Source of the DNA: Rebecca billardiae RCC1528
Lineage: Eukaryota > Protista > Haptophyta
Assembly (NCBI GenBank): GCA_965240325.2
Contig: OZ251237.1
Coordinates: 1,054,001 to 1,118,000 of the forward strand
Length of the DNA: 64,000 nucleotides
Direction of reading: 5' to 3'
The notes below the pieces were generated by a model. The model was not told where the DNA came from and ran no database searches. It worked only from the letters and a program-made list of their open reading frames with translations. The stretch's first letter is position 1. Each line of letters opens with the position of its first letter. This document shows positions 1 to 12,291 of this stretch, piece after piece. The position numbers were made by a program, and so were the translations under genes.

Positions 1-1327
1 GTGCGGCGCGGCGGCGGCGGCGGCGGCGGCTGAGGCTCCGTGCGCGGCCGCGGCACCGGCGGCGCCCGCGGCCGGTGCGGGCGTGGCGTCGAAGAGGACG
101 ACCCTGCGGCCACGCAGCCGCCCGCGCGCGCCCGGCACGACCCCCTCCGCCGCCACGCGCGCGCCCGACACCAGCGCCTCGGCGAGCGCCTCCATGCGCG
201 CGCGCACCGGCGCCGAATCCAAGTAATCGCGGGTAGCTTCCAGCATGGCTGCCAGCTCCTGGGGGGAGGTGGAGTCCAGCCCGACCTCGCACCGGCTGTC
301 GACGGGCTGCAGCCGCTCGTAGCGCACGCCGGGCATGAGCGGCGCGAGCGCGTCCAGCGCGTCCGCCACGAGCTGCGTCGACGTCGCCTGCTCGAGCAGC
401 ACCGACCCCATGTGCATCTTGCTCCAGGGCTGCTCGCGCGCGCGCGCGCGGCCGGTGCCCGTACCGATCGAGACGAGAGTTCCGATGGGCTCGCCCGGCC
501 AGAGGCGCTGCGCCTCCTGCACGCCGAGCACGGCGGGGTTGTTCGCGACGAGGCCGCCGTCCTGGAAGCGGGACCCGCCGATCAGCACGTCGTCGAAGTA
601 GTACGGCGCGGCCGACGTGCAGCGGATCGCGCGCCACACGTGAGTCTTACAGTCGCCGCCGCCCGCGCTCGCCGCCGCCGCCGACGATGATTCCGCCGCC
701 GCCGCCGCCGCCGCCGCCGACGTCGCCGACGCGGATGAGGCGCAGCGACGCGGCTCGGGGGCGGCCGCGGGCGCCGACGAGTCGGTGCGCGCGCCGAGCC
801 GATCGGCGCCGCCCGCCTCGCCGCCCTCGACGGAGCCCACGTCGCTCATCCGCCGCCCGCCCGCCCCGCCGCCGGCGCCGGCGCCACCCTCGGCCTCGGC
901 TGCCGCAGCCTCCGCGGGCGCGGGCCGCGCGCGCGTGTGCACGTAATTCCGGAAGAGGTGCGGGCTGGCGGGGACGGTGGAGACGAGCGAGGCGACGCAG
1001 CAGAAGCGCGGCACCGCGCGCGAAGACGAGTCGATCAGCAGCCCGTCGTGGAACGTGTCCATCAGCAGCCCGTCCAAAATACCCGTCCCGTATTTGGAGC
1101 CGTATAGCAGCGCTCGCACGCCGCCTAATTGCTCGACCGACGTCTTATAGACATCGCCGAGCCACGAGGACCAGCCCGAGCCGTAGGAGGAGGAGCCGCC
1201 GGCGGCCGAGCCCATCGGCAGCGCACCACCGCCGCCCGCCGCGTCGAGCGACCCCGCCGCCGGCCCGACGGGCGTGGTCGGCGTCGACGCGCCGTCGGCC
1301 GCCGCCGCCGCGGCCGCCGCGACCGCC

Positions 1328-1359
<32 letters not shown>

Positions 1360-2472
1360 CGCCGGCTGCGAGTCGCCGTTGGCGCTGCCGCCGTCGTCGG
1401 CGCGCTGGTCGAGGGAGAAGATGCGGCGGCCGAGGGTGTGGAAGAGCTGCTCGCACTCGCCTAGCGTCGCGAGGTTGTGGCACAGCAGCGCCGCGATGAT
1501 CCCGCCCGCCGACGTGCCGACGATCAAATCAAAGAGCTCAACGATCCGATGGCCCGAAATTGCTTCGAGCCGCTTGAGCACGCACAGCGTGACGAGCGCG
1601 CGCATCCCGCCGCCGTCGAGGCTGAGCACGCGGAGCGCGGCGGCGGCGTCGGCCGCGCGGCGCGGCGCGCGCGGCCCGCGCCCCACCGCGCGCTCCACGC
1701 TGCCGTTCTGCCCGAGCAGAGCGAGCAGGTGCACGGCCGCATGCCACACGGCCGCGCGCGCGCGCCGCGCGTCTCGAGCAATCAGCAGGGGGCTCGAGCC
1801 GCCACCGGCGGCGGCGGCGGCGGCGGCGGTGGCGGAGGGCGCGGCCAGCCGGGTGGCCTCGATGAGCACGAGCGCGCGCACGTCATCCTGCGAGCTCGTG
1901 CGCGCCATCGAGCCCAGCCCGAGCCAGCGCCCGCGCGCCGAGCGCAGCGTGGGCGAGAGAACGTGACAGGCGGGCTGCGCCGGGCCGTAGTCACCGCGCG
2001 GCGCGGGCCGCGCCGTGATTGCGTCGAGCGCGCGCATCAGCCTCGCGTTGCCCAGCATCGTCTCGACGTTGGCCGGCGCGAAGGCGAGCTGGCCGAGCGT
2101 GCGCAGCGCGCGCTCCTGCAGCACGTGCGCCGCCGTGCGCGCGCGCATGCGCAGCGCGCGCTCGCTCACAGACGAGCTGCGGCCGCGGCCGCCGCCGAGC
2201 GCGCCACCGTCAACGCTCGAACGCGACGGGGTTGTGGGGAGGGAGTGGTGTGCGCTCGGCCGCAGCCGCGCGCCCTCGCCGGGCGCGAGGATGGCGAGGC
2301 GGTGCGCGGTCGCGCCGCTCTCGTGCCGTGCGCCCGGCTCCTCCGCCGCCAGCTGCGTCGCCGACGCGCCGCGCGCCCGCGGCGACGCGGGCGCGCTCGC
2401 CGCAGACTCCGCGCCCGCAGCCGAGCCGCTCGGCGCGCCGGCCGGCGGGCGCGGGCCGAGGCCGCGAGGCCT

Positions 2473-2506
<34 letters not shown>

Positions 2507-4206
2507 AGGAGGTCGTCGATGTCGTCGTCGAAGCCATCGTCGTCGTGCTCCGCCGCGCCCTCCGCCGCGCACATCTCCACCAGCCGCTCGAACAGCGCGC
2601 GCTGCGCGACCAGCCGCGTCGCGGCGCCGTCCGAGGCAAAGCCGAGCTCTCCGATCAGCTCGAGAGCGGAGGCGTGCACGGATGGGGAGCGGCGGGAGCG
2701 GAGGAGCTGCAGCGCGGTCGAGCCGACGCCGCGGTCGACCATGGCGGAGGCGTCGGGCCCGGCGTGCGCGGCCACCGCGCACGTCACCGCGCACGCGTGC
2801 TGCGCCACGACGTCCACCTCCGCGAGCATCATCGACTGGAGCATCAGCAAAACACCCTCCTCCCTCAAGATGCACTCGTGCGCCGCCGACGGCTCGGCGC
2901 GCGAGAGCAGCGCGAGCCCGGACGAGACGAGCGGGTGCTGGCACGCGGTGGAGCGGAGCGCGAGGCAGACGAACTCGGCGACGGACTGCTGCCGCTCGCT
3001 CCCGCGCCCGCCGAAGAACCGCCGCGCGTGCGGCCGCTGCACGCGCCCGCCGCGCGCGGGCGTGCCCACGTGAGCCACGCGCACGCGCAGGCAGCCGACG
3101 GCGAGCGCGTCGTTCCCGGAAAGTACCGGGAAGCTCGACTCGACGAGGATGCCGGCCTCGTCGGCGGCCGCGCCGGCGGCGTCGGGCTGCGGCGTCTGCC
3201 CGCTCGCGCCGCCGCGCGCCGCGCCGCCCTCCTCCGCCGCGCCCGAGCGCGCGCCCCCGACGCTGCCCGCGCGCCCGCGCGCGGCCGATGGCGTGCCGGC
3301 GCCAGCGCCGGCGCCGTGGCCCGCGCCGCCGCCGAGCTCGGTGCCCGCCTCGCCCTCGCCCTCGTCCGCCTCGAGCACGGTGGGCGCGACGCCGCCGCTG
3401 CGTGGCGACGCCGCGCTCGCCCGGCCGCCGCGCTCGGCGGCGCCCACCGTCGCCTCATGCGCCACCGTCTCGCCCGAGATCTCAAAGTCGACAATCGAGA
3501 GCCGTCCCAGCCTGGTCAGCATGACGACCTGCGGGAGCGAGTCGAGCGGGTTGTACGCGAGGAGCAGGGTCTGCAGCCCGCCGAGCCGGGCGAAGGTGGT
3601 CGGCAGCAGCCGCGTGATCGCGTTGTCCTCGAGCCACAGGTGCACCAGCGCCGTGCACTGCGCGAGCTCCGCCGGCAGCGCGGTGATCGAGTTCTGTGAG
3701 ACGTCCACGAGCTGAACGCCTGTCAGCAGGCCGATCTCGGGCGGCAGCGAGACGAGGCGGTTGGCGCGCAGGACGAGGCGGCGGAGGCTGGCCGACGCGG
3801 CGCGGCACAGCTCGGGCGGCAGGGCGCTCAGCCCGACGCCGCCCAGGTTGATCGTGTGCAGCGCCGGCAGCGCCTTGAGGACTGGGCTCAGCGCGAGCGC
3901 GAGCTGCAGCTCCTCGACCTTGATGGAGGCGATGACGGCGGCGAGCTCGGCCTGGCGCGTGAAGAGGGCGACGAGCGGGCGCAGTGAGTTCGTACCCGAG
4001 CCCGCCGCGAGCGTGCCCTCCGCCCACAGCTTGAGCCGGCCGCGCGAGCGCTCGGTCGGCCGCCAGTCGGCCGCCGAGCGCTCGAGGCGGACGGACGCGT
4101 CGTTGGCGTCCTCGTCGGCGCTCCAGTTGAGCAGCGCGGGGACGACGCCGCGACAGCTGAGCTGCAAGTGCAGCCGCGCGGGCGCCGACGTGTAGAACCA
4201 ACTCAT
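1..4206 (-). CDS. LRR- and patatin-domain phospholipase (phospholipase A I / iPLA2-like), 3' end outside window
   Basis: Not in the ORF track, probably because no stop falls inside the window. Manual translation from ATG 4206 (MSWFYTSAPARL) gives LRR units at ~3480-3900. The same frame holds the patatin motifs LSLDGGG (~1606-1626), GTSAG (~1505-1520), SAAPYYF (~595-615) and DGGLVANNP (~535-561). Frame continuity was spot-checked, not read in full. Confidence 0.88.
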
Positions 4207-4404
4207 CCGGCCCTACGCGCGCCCGCTGGCCCCAGCCAGGAATTGCCCTCCGCCGGCCGCGCGGCTTTCTGCGCCCGCTCCCGCTTCGTGGCACGTTTGC
4301 GGCCCGCCGACCTGCCGCGACCGAAATCTAAATCTCAAATCGGGGGTGAGCAGCCATCCTGAACTTGCGGCGGCCGCGCGTTGCTGCAGCACGCGCTGGA
4401 CGCG

Positions 4405-5162
4405 ATGCAGCCGGCGGCGCACTCCGCCGACGACCTCGGCATCGCCGAGCAGGCGCGCAACTGCGACCACCCGCAGGTCGCCTTCTTCCACCTCTTCTTT
4501 CGCACGGCCGCCATTTTGACCTACGTCTTCTGCACGTGGTTCAGCGCCAACTTTGTGCGCATCTTCATCGTGTGCGTGCTGCTGCTCGCCTTCGACTTCT
4601 GGACGGTGAAGAACGTGTCCGGACGGCTGCTCGTCGGCCTGCGCTGGTGGAACGAGATCTTACCCGACGGCAGCAGCGAGTGGCGCTTCGAGAGCGCAGA
4701 TGTGCGCGCGCGCGCGCCCCGCACGCACCCCGCGCGCCGGCGGGGCGCGCCCTCACACGCGAGCCCGCCGCGCGCACCGCGCCGAGCAGACGAACCAGCG
4801 GCTTCCCAACACGATGGACAGTAGCATCTTCTGGGGCGGGCTGATCATCGCGCCCGCGCTTTGGACAGTCTTCGCGCTCGGCGCGCTGCTGCGGCTCAAC
4901 TTTGAGTGGCTGCTGATCGACGTGGTCGCGCTCGGGCTGAACGGCGCCAACGTGATCGGCTACATGCGCTGCAGGAAAGGTGCGCCAAGGCCCCGCGCCA
5001 CGGCCGCTGTGCGCGCGGGCGCGCCCGCCGGACGCACGCCCCGCTCACGCGACGCCGGGCCGTGCGCGCGGACGCGTGCGCGCAGATGCCGGCGCCAAGC
5101 TGCAGGGCATGGTGACGCAGGCAGGAATGAGCACGTTCTTGCGCGGCATGCCGGGCTTCTGA
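4405..5162 (+). CDS. TVP23: Golgi apparatus membrane protein TVP23/FAM18
   Basis: Motifs HPQVAFFHLFFR, AFDFWTVKNVSGRLLVGLRWWN, WRFES, IFWGGL, ANVIGY. Exons 4405-4701, 4790-4979, 5086-5162 joined by GT-AG introns give a continuous frame ending GMPGF*. Confidence 0.93.
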
Positions 5163-5681
5163 GGGTGGACCGGGACGGCGGATCACCCGCGGCGCAGTGC
5201 ACGCCCACGCCCGGTGTCCCCCGCGACCCGCTGGCAAGCGGACCCGTCGGAGCAGTGGTCGATCACTCGCGGCCGCACCCTGAACTTCCAACACCTGTCC
5301 GGGCTGCCGATCGACGGACTCCGCGGCACGTCTGGGTCATGCGAACGACCGCCTGCGTCCTTGTTGTCTCCGCGCATCAACTACGTCTACGGTCTGCAGC
5401 TGACGGCTCCGACCGTGTCCGGATTCACTGGCACCGTCCTTTGAGAAGCCAGCGGGCGCGGCAGCGCCGTGAGGCGTGACCGGTATCGGTGACGCCGCAG
5501 CCCGCCGGGCCGCGGGCGCGAGCGGCGGACAGCGCAGTGCCAGTGTCGTCTCTCGTCTCCGGGCAGTCTGCAGACGCAGTCACTTGGCACCGCAGTGTCA
5601 GTGACGGCCGTTCGCTGCTGAGCGCGGCGCGGCGGTAGTTACTCAGCTAGCTGAGCTGCTCAGTAACTTTTTAAGACGGTT

Positions 5682-5860
5682 ATGGCCCGCGGTGCAGGGC
5701 GGAGCGCGCAGCGTGGAGCCCGCACCAGCGGGCCCGAACCACGTTTCAAAAAGATCTTTGATCAAGAAAAAAGGGACGGGGGGCGATTTTTAGGGCTGGC
5801 GGAGACCGAGTTTCGAGTTTTTGAGATCGCATAGAGAGGTCTATTAGGCCGAAAAATAAA
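5682..5860. repeat. dispersed intergenic repeat, homologous to 11225-11240 plus 11815-12090
   Basis: Collinear shared blocks ATGGCCCGCGGTGCAG, GGGCGGA.CGCGC, CCACGTTTCA, AAAAGATCT, AAAAGGGACGGGG, GGCTGG.GGAGACCGA and TTTGAGA. Confidence 0.7.
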
Positions 5861-5972
5861 GTGCGATCTGGACGTCAGCTGGACGTGACATTAGTGTAAC
5901 GGTTCGTTACGAGCGCGATTTTAAGTATGAGATTGCCGCCAACCGCCAACCGATAAAAACGGCAAGGCAAGG

Positions 5973-6109
5973 GATCGGGAAACTTGATCACCTCCAACTG
6001 TGAATAGTAAAATGCTCTCCCCGAGCGCGCCTGTCGCCTCGATCGGGAAACTTGATCACCTCCAACTGTGAATAGTAAAATGCTCTCCCCGAGCGCGCCT
6101 GTCGCCTCG
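5973..6109. repeat. 68-bp tandem duplication
   Basis: GATCGGGAAACTTGATCACCTCCAACTGTGAATAGTAAAATGCTCTCCCCGAGCGCGCCTGTCGCCTC occurs at 5973 and again at 6041. Confidence 0.95.
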
Positions 6110-6214
6110 CAGGCCGCGCGTCTCGCCCTCTCGCAGCGTCTCGCTCCGCTCTCCCCGAGGCTGAGCTCGCGGCCCGCCTGTCACCTCGCAGGCGCGCGCC
6201 ACGGACACATGCGC

Positions 6215-7873
6215 GACGAGATCGCGGCGGGGGCGGCGAGATCGCGGCGGGGGCGACGGGCAACAACCTGCCCGCGGGCGCGTTCGTCACTCGAGGAGCA
6301 GCGCGCAAGGGCGAGCCGAGTCCGGAGCACGCGAGCTCGTCGCTCGCCGACCGGAGCAGAGCGCGCCGCCCGCCGCCGCCGAGCGAGCGGCGCGGCAGAG
6401 CTGATGAGCCGGATGCGCCCGGAGCTCGCGCGGCTGAAGGGCGAGCTCGAGCACGCGAGCTCGCGCCTCGACGCCGAGCCCGAGCTCCTCCTCAACTCGG
6501 TCGACGGCGGCGACGGAGGTCCGGCAGCAGCGTGAGGACTCACAGACAGTGTGAGTGAGCCGCGCGCAGCTCAGCCTGCCGCTGGCAGCCGCCGTCTTCG
6601 AGGCCGACGCGGCGGAGGAGGCGGCGGGCGACGAGATCGCGGCGGGGGCGGCGAGATCGCGGCGGGGGCGACGGGCAACAACCTGCCCGCGGGCGCGTTC
6701 GTCACTCGAGGAGCAGCGCGCAAGGGCGAGCCGAGTCCGGAGCACGCGAGCTCGTCGCTCGCCGACCGGAGCAGAGCGCGCCGCCCGCCGCCGCCGAGCG
6801 AGCGGCGCGGCAGAGCTGATGAGCCGGATGCGCCCGGAGCTCGCGCGGCTGAAGGGCGAGCTCGAGCACGCGAGCTCGCGCCTCGACGCCGAGCCCGAGC
6901 TCCTCCTCAACTCGGTCGACGGCGGCGCGGAGGTCCGGCAGCAGCGTGAGGACTCACAGACAGTGTGAGTGAGCCGCGCGCAGCTCAGCCTGCCGCTGGC
7001 AGCCGCCGTCTTCGAGGCCGACGCGGCGGAGGAGGCGGCGGGCGACGAGATCGCGGCGGGGGCGGCGAGATCGCGGCGGGGGCGACGGGCAACAACCTGC
7101 CCGCGGGCGCGTTCGTCACTCGAGGAGCAGCGCGCAAGGGCGAGCCGAGTCCGGAGCACGCGAGCTCGTCGCTCGCCGACCGGAGCAGAGCGCGCCGCCC
7201 GCCGCCGCCGAGCGAGCGGCGCGGCAGAGCTGATGAGCCGGATGCGCCCGGAGCTCGCGCGGCTGAAGGGCGAGCTCGAGCACGCGAGCTCGCGCCTCGA
7301 CGCCGAGCCCGAGCTCCTCCTCAACTCGGTCGACGGCGGCGACGGAGGTCCGGCAGCAGCGTGAGGACTCACAGACAGTGTGAGTGAGCCGCGCGCAGCT
7401 CAGCCTGCCGCTGGCAGCCGCCGTCTTCGAGGCCGACGCGGCGGAGGAGGCGGCGGGCGACGAGATCGCGGCGGGGGCGGCGAGATCGCGGCGGGGGCGA
7501 CGGGCAACAACCTGCCCGCGGGCGCGTTCGTCACTCGAGGAGCAGCGCGCAAGGGCGAGCCGAGTCCGGAGCACGCGAGCTCGTCGCTCGCCGACCGGAG
7601 CAGAGCGCGCCGCCCGCCGCCGCCGAGCGAGCGGCGCGGCAGAGCTGATGAGCCGGATGCGCCCGGAGCTCGCGCGGCTGAAGGGCGAGCTCGAGCACGC
7701 GAGCTCGCGCCTCGACGCCGAGCCCGAGCTCCTCCTCAACTCGGTCGACGGCGGCGCGGAGGTCCGGCAGCAGCGTGAGGACTCACAGACAGTGTGAGTG
7801 AGCCGCGCGCAGCTCAGCCTGCCGCTGGCAGCCGCCGTCTTCGAGGCCGACGCGGCGGAGGAGGCGGCGGGCG
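6215..7873. repeat. tandem array of four 414/415-bp units
   Basis: Unit starts (GACGAGATCGCGG) at 6215, 6630, 7044, 7459. The only difference I noted is a 1-nt indel (GGCGGCGACGGAGG vs GGCGGCGCGGAGG) that alternates between units. Confidence 0.96.
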
Positions 7874-8920
7874 AGCACGGCGGCGCGGTGGAGCAGGCGC
7901 GCACGCGCGGCGGCAGGCGCGACGCGCCGCTCGCCTCGTTCCACCGCCCCGAGCTCCGCTCGGTCGGTCTCGGTGCGCGGCTGCGCAGCCGGCAGGCCGG
8001 CGGGCCAGCAGTCTGCAGTGGCGCGCGCTCTCGCTCTGCCGGCACGAGGCGTGCCGGCTGAGCGACCAGCGGCCCGTCGTCGAGCGCATGGCGCAGGGCG
8101 AGTACCTCAAGCAGGTGCGCCCGCTCGCGCGCACGCGCCGGCTCGCGACCAGCGGCCCTTCGTCGAGCGCATGGCGCAGCGCGAGCACCTTGCAAGCTGA
8201 AGCAGGTGCGCCCGCACGCGCGCACGCGCCGGCCCGGCGCCGCGCGGCGCCTCTCGCCCTCTCGCCCAGTGCGCGCGCCGCCGCCCCGCTTCCCCGCGCG
8301 GCCCGTCCGCGCCTCTCGCCCTGCGAGCGCGCCGCCCCGCTTCCCCGCGCGGCCCGTCCGCTGGTGTCCCATGCCACCCTTGGCCGTGCGCGCCCGCATA
8401 CTCGCGCCGAGTCCGAGACTCGGTCTCGGGTCTGACTCTCCCTCTCAGAGTGGCTGAACTGTCTTTCTGACTCGGACTGACTGACTCGTCAGTCTCATTC
8501 TCAACCACTGCGCCGCGGGCCCCCAACTGCGTTGGTTCTACGGAAAAGGACCGCGGAACGCGGTCATTGCTACTGCTGTAGTAGAGTGCTGGTCTACTGC
8601 CGCAAGTGAATCCGGCGCCGCCCCAGCCACTGGTTGAAGGCTGCTGCAAGTCGGCCTCTTTGGCAGCGCTTGGTGACAACTGCTTTGAGTTCCGACTCTT
8701 CGGAGTTCGGGTCGGGTCGTCGCTCGAGCGCTGGGCGGCTGGTCAGCCACATGGGCCCGACAACCATCAATCCAGAGCGCCCACCGCCGGCAGTGGCCAG
8801 CTTTCAGCCGCTCGCTGCGCCGAGGCCGATCAACGACATCGTGCACTCGCGCGCGACAAGAGAGCGGCGTCTCCGAGCCCACGCCCGAGCTGCCCTTCCG
8901 CCCGCGCAGGTCGGGCCGGC

Positions 8921-9849
8921 TTACCAGCCGCCATCGCCAGCCAGACTGCTGCCGTCCACAAAGCGCTGGTGGCTCCACTCGCCCTGCACGACCGTGGGCG
9001 GATCGACGTGCACGCCACTCGCGTCCACGCGCGCGATTTGGATCTGCGCGCGGCGGCAGGAGCACGCGGCGCGCCCCGCCGAGGCGACGGTCAGCACGCG
9101 CGACGATAGGCGCCGGCGGAGGCTGGCGCGTGCGCTCGCGCTGCTGTGCGCGCACCTTGTTCGACGCCCGAGTGTCGCGGTAGTAGCACACCTTGAGCGC
9201 CGTCTCGAGGAGCGCGCGCGCCTGAGCCTCCGTCATCTCGGGCGTCCACTGGTTGCGCATCAGCGGCAGCGCCATGTACATGCCCAGCCCGGTCGCCACG
9301 TAGTCGTCCGCAAAGCAGCTGCCGTACAGGTCCGTGTACCCCAGGTACGCCTGGCCGTGGCGGAAGCCGGCGACGAGGAGCATGTTCCACAGCGGGTCGA
9401 ACTTGCACCGCTTCTGGTACATCACGCGGGTCAGGTACGAGTGCAGCTCCGCGGTCGTCTGCGTCGAGCCGTCGTCGATGCAGTACTCGTCGATCTGCTT
9501 CTGCTCGAGCATCTCCAGCACCTTCTGATAGTCCGACATCTCGCCGTTCATGGCGAGCACCGTGTCCTCGGAGACCTTGTGTATCCTCTCGACGTCCTTG
9601 TAGCGGATCCACGAGCCGTAGCACGCTGCGCACGCGGGCGGGCGCCGCGCGTGCGGGGAGAGGGGTTCGCGTCAGCCGAGGAGGCCGCGGCCGATGCCGC
9701 GCGCGGCCATGCGCGATGCGCGCACCGATCGTGTCGGTCGCGACCATGACGCCGCCCTTATACTTGATGCCGATCGCGCTCGTGCCCGTCACCGTCGGGC
9801 GCAGCGTGTGCTTGCTCGGATCGGCGGGCGCCGCGTGCGTCGCGAACAT
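8921..9849 (-). CDS. PSMB4: 20S proteasome subunit beta type-4 (beta7/PRE4)
   Basis: PTVTGTSAIGIKYKGGVMVATD, CYGS, GEMSDYQ, DPLWN, ATGLG.YMALPLMR, YYRDTR. Exons 9849-9726, 9625-9156, 9043-8921 with GT-AG introns. Confidence 0.95.
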
Positions 9850-10001
9850 GGCGATCGATGGCGGTGCGGTCAGCGCGCGGCGGCTGCTTGGCGCTCGCAA
9901 GCAAGGCTTTGCCGTGCGTCCGGTGCGGCGGAGCGCCGGACTTCAGTCTCCCCTTCTCGATTTACAGATTGGCGCCGCGTGGGCGCCGCGACTTGTCCAT
10001 C

Positions 10002-10482
10002 ATGGCGGAAGCCCCGCCTGTCAACCGGTGGCAGCAGAGGCGAGCCGAACGCGCGGCGCTGTACGCGTCGTCGACCGAGCAGGCTCAGCGCGTGGACATC
10101 CGGCGCACTCGGCCGCAGGACCGCCCAAAGTACGACCCCGCCGCGACGACAGGCGCGACGAGCAGCGAGTGGAAGGGCAAGGCATGGGGTCTGGCATCCA
10201 CCAAGGTGCAGGACCGGCAGAGCGCGGCGGCCACGCGCTACAGCGGCGGCGGGCGCGGCGAACTCTTCTACGGCCAGAAGCGGAAGTTCACCCTCGACGA
10301 GCCGCCGCCTGATCCGCCAAGCTTCCTCATGCGCGCGTCGAAGAAAGCTGCGCAGCAGCAGCCGGCCCGCGCAGCTCCTGACGCAGCGGCCGTTGTTGCG
10401 CAGCCTCCTGCTGACGCCGACGGACCCAAGCGCAAGAAGCGCCGCAAGCGTCGGCGCGAGGCCAAGTCGTCCTCATCGAGCG

Positions 10483-10533
<51 letters not shown>

Positions 10534-11036
10534 CAAGCAGCAGCACAAGCAGCGGCAGCAGCGGCAGCAGCGGCAGCAGCAGCACAAGCAGTGGGAGCAG
10601 CAGTCGCGGAAGCACAGGCAGCAGCGGCAGCACCGACAGCAGTGACAGCAGCGGCAGCAGCGGCAGCAGCGGCAGCAGCGGCAGCAGCGGCAGCAGCGGC
10701 AGAAGCGGCAGCACAGGCAGCAGCGGCAGCACAGGCAGCGGTGGCAGCAGTGACAGCACAGGCAGCAGCGGCAGCAGCGCTGGCAAGCGCAGGTCCAAGA
10801 CTGCTAAGCGCAGCGGGGGCAAGGGCAAGGGCGAGCCCGAGGCCGAGGGCGGGCCCAGGGGCGAAGGCGAGGCCGGGGGCACAGGCAAGGAAAAAGGCAG
10901 CGGTGGCAGCAGTGGCAGCGGTGGCAGCAATGGCAGCAGCGCCGCCAAGCGTGGCAAGGCCAAGGACACGGGCAGCGGCAGCAAGGGCAAGGGCAAGGAC
11001 AGTGGTGGCAGCAGCTCGCGCACAGGCTCGTCATAA
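10002..11036 (+). CDS. hypothetical Ser/Gly-rich low-complexity protein with basic NLS-like segment
   Basis: ORF from MAEAPPVNRW; contains PKRKKRRKRRR, an (AGC)n poly-Ser run from ~10485 and SSG/STG repeats. Divergent from PSMB4, about 150 bp between start codons. Confidence 0.7.
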
Positions 11037-11242
11037 TGCCACCGGGCGCTGAGGGGAACTACTCGCAGCCCGGGCCCTGGCCGGGGGCGCGGCCCGCGGC
11101 GGACCCGCGCGGCCGCAGCCCGTGTGGAGACTCACTAGACTGGAGTGGCAGTCAGACAGTCACAGTCAGTGCTCTACGTGCTGATAGGCTGCTCAGTGTG
11201 GCAGACCGTGACTGCTAAATCATCATGGCCCGCGGTGCAGCC

Positions 11243-11805
11243 TAGAGGGGTTGCCAGAGCCCCAGGCGGCTGGGGCCGCTGGGCCGGGGTGCGTGGCCCA
11301 GGGGCCCCCAGACGGTGGCCCAAACGCAAACTGAAACTATCCTGTGGCTGTAATCCTGTATCCAACTTCCTGTCGTCTTGACTTTGAGATGAGGCCGTCT
11401 CAAACAATTCGGGATGTCAATATTCGCCTGACGAAATGAGCTGGCGGGGTCACGCTGACAAGGTTTATTGCGAAAAAATGTCACATACTGGAGATATACG
11501 ACCTCAATCTCGACGCGATCTCGGCAACATTAGTAGGGGAGATATGATACACGATCTCCAAGGTGATCTCGCTATTTGCACCAGAATCGCACTGACCGTC
11601 TAGATCACATTTTGGCAGTCTGATTCAATTGGCACAGGCGGATTCTGCACCCTGGAATTAAGCCTAAACGAACTTAAACGGACTCAAACCGTTACAAACT
11701 ACCGAGGAGATATTTGGCATATTTCGAGATTTCGGGAGATTGTGTCACTCATCGCAAGTGTAACTGTAACAGTCGGAGCTCTGACGACTGACCCCACTAG
11801 CCCTA
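11243..11805. mobile_element. non-autonomous DNA transposon (MITE, hAT-like termini)
   Basis: AT-richer 563-bp segment starting TAG and ending CTA, flanked by direct repeat GGTGCAGCC (11234-11242 and 11806-11814). Imperfect terminal inverted repeats (TAGAGGGGTTGCCAGAGC / GCTCTGAC..CCCCACTAGCCCTA). Absent from the homologous repeat at ~5690. Confidence 0.72.
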
Positions 11806-12291
11806 GGTGCAGCCCGTGCAGGGCGGAACGCGCTGATCGGCAGCATAGTAACCGTATTTAAACGGTGAAGCCCGCCCGTAGGGACGCGGGCAGCCGCCGG
11901 CACTGCCAGTGACTAACCGCATTGCCACGTTTCATAAATTATATATATTCATCAAAAAGATCTAGCTTTATTGCAAAGGAAAAGGGACGGGGCGGTGCCG
12001 GTGTTTTCCAGGGCGGCTGGAGGAGACCGACGCCACTTTCATTCGATCTTTATTATTTGAGACCCTCTCACAGAGGCCACTTCACCGAAATCCAGGCTGG
12101 GGAGGCTATAAACGCGCTGCACTGGTGGTGATCGATCGAGTAGGCTAATAGTTAGTAATATCCGAGCCTCCGCCCCGCTCCCGGACTGTCCCAGCGGTGG
12201 GGAGGCCACACGGCTACACCGCCACCGTCGGCGACGTACTCATTGCCTGCCGCTGGCATCGGTGCGTCTCTTATATTCTTAGTACTGCCAG

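Noticed and set aside
5214-5444. Small ORF downstream of TVP23 with non-shadow composition
   Set aside because: No ATG start, short, and no recognisable motif; probably 3' UTR or a relic.
6215-7873. Possible CRISPR-like array
   Set aside because: Units are ~415 bp identical tandem copies with no unique spacers, there are no cas genes, and the context is eukaryotic.
10268-11023. Leu/Pro-rich and poly-Cys ORFs on the minus strand
   Set aside because: Antisense readings of the AGC/GGC repeat in the Ser/Gly-rich gene.
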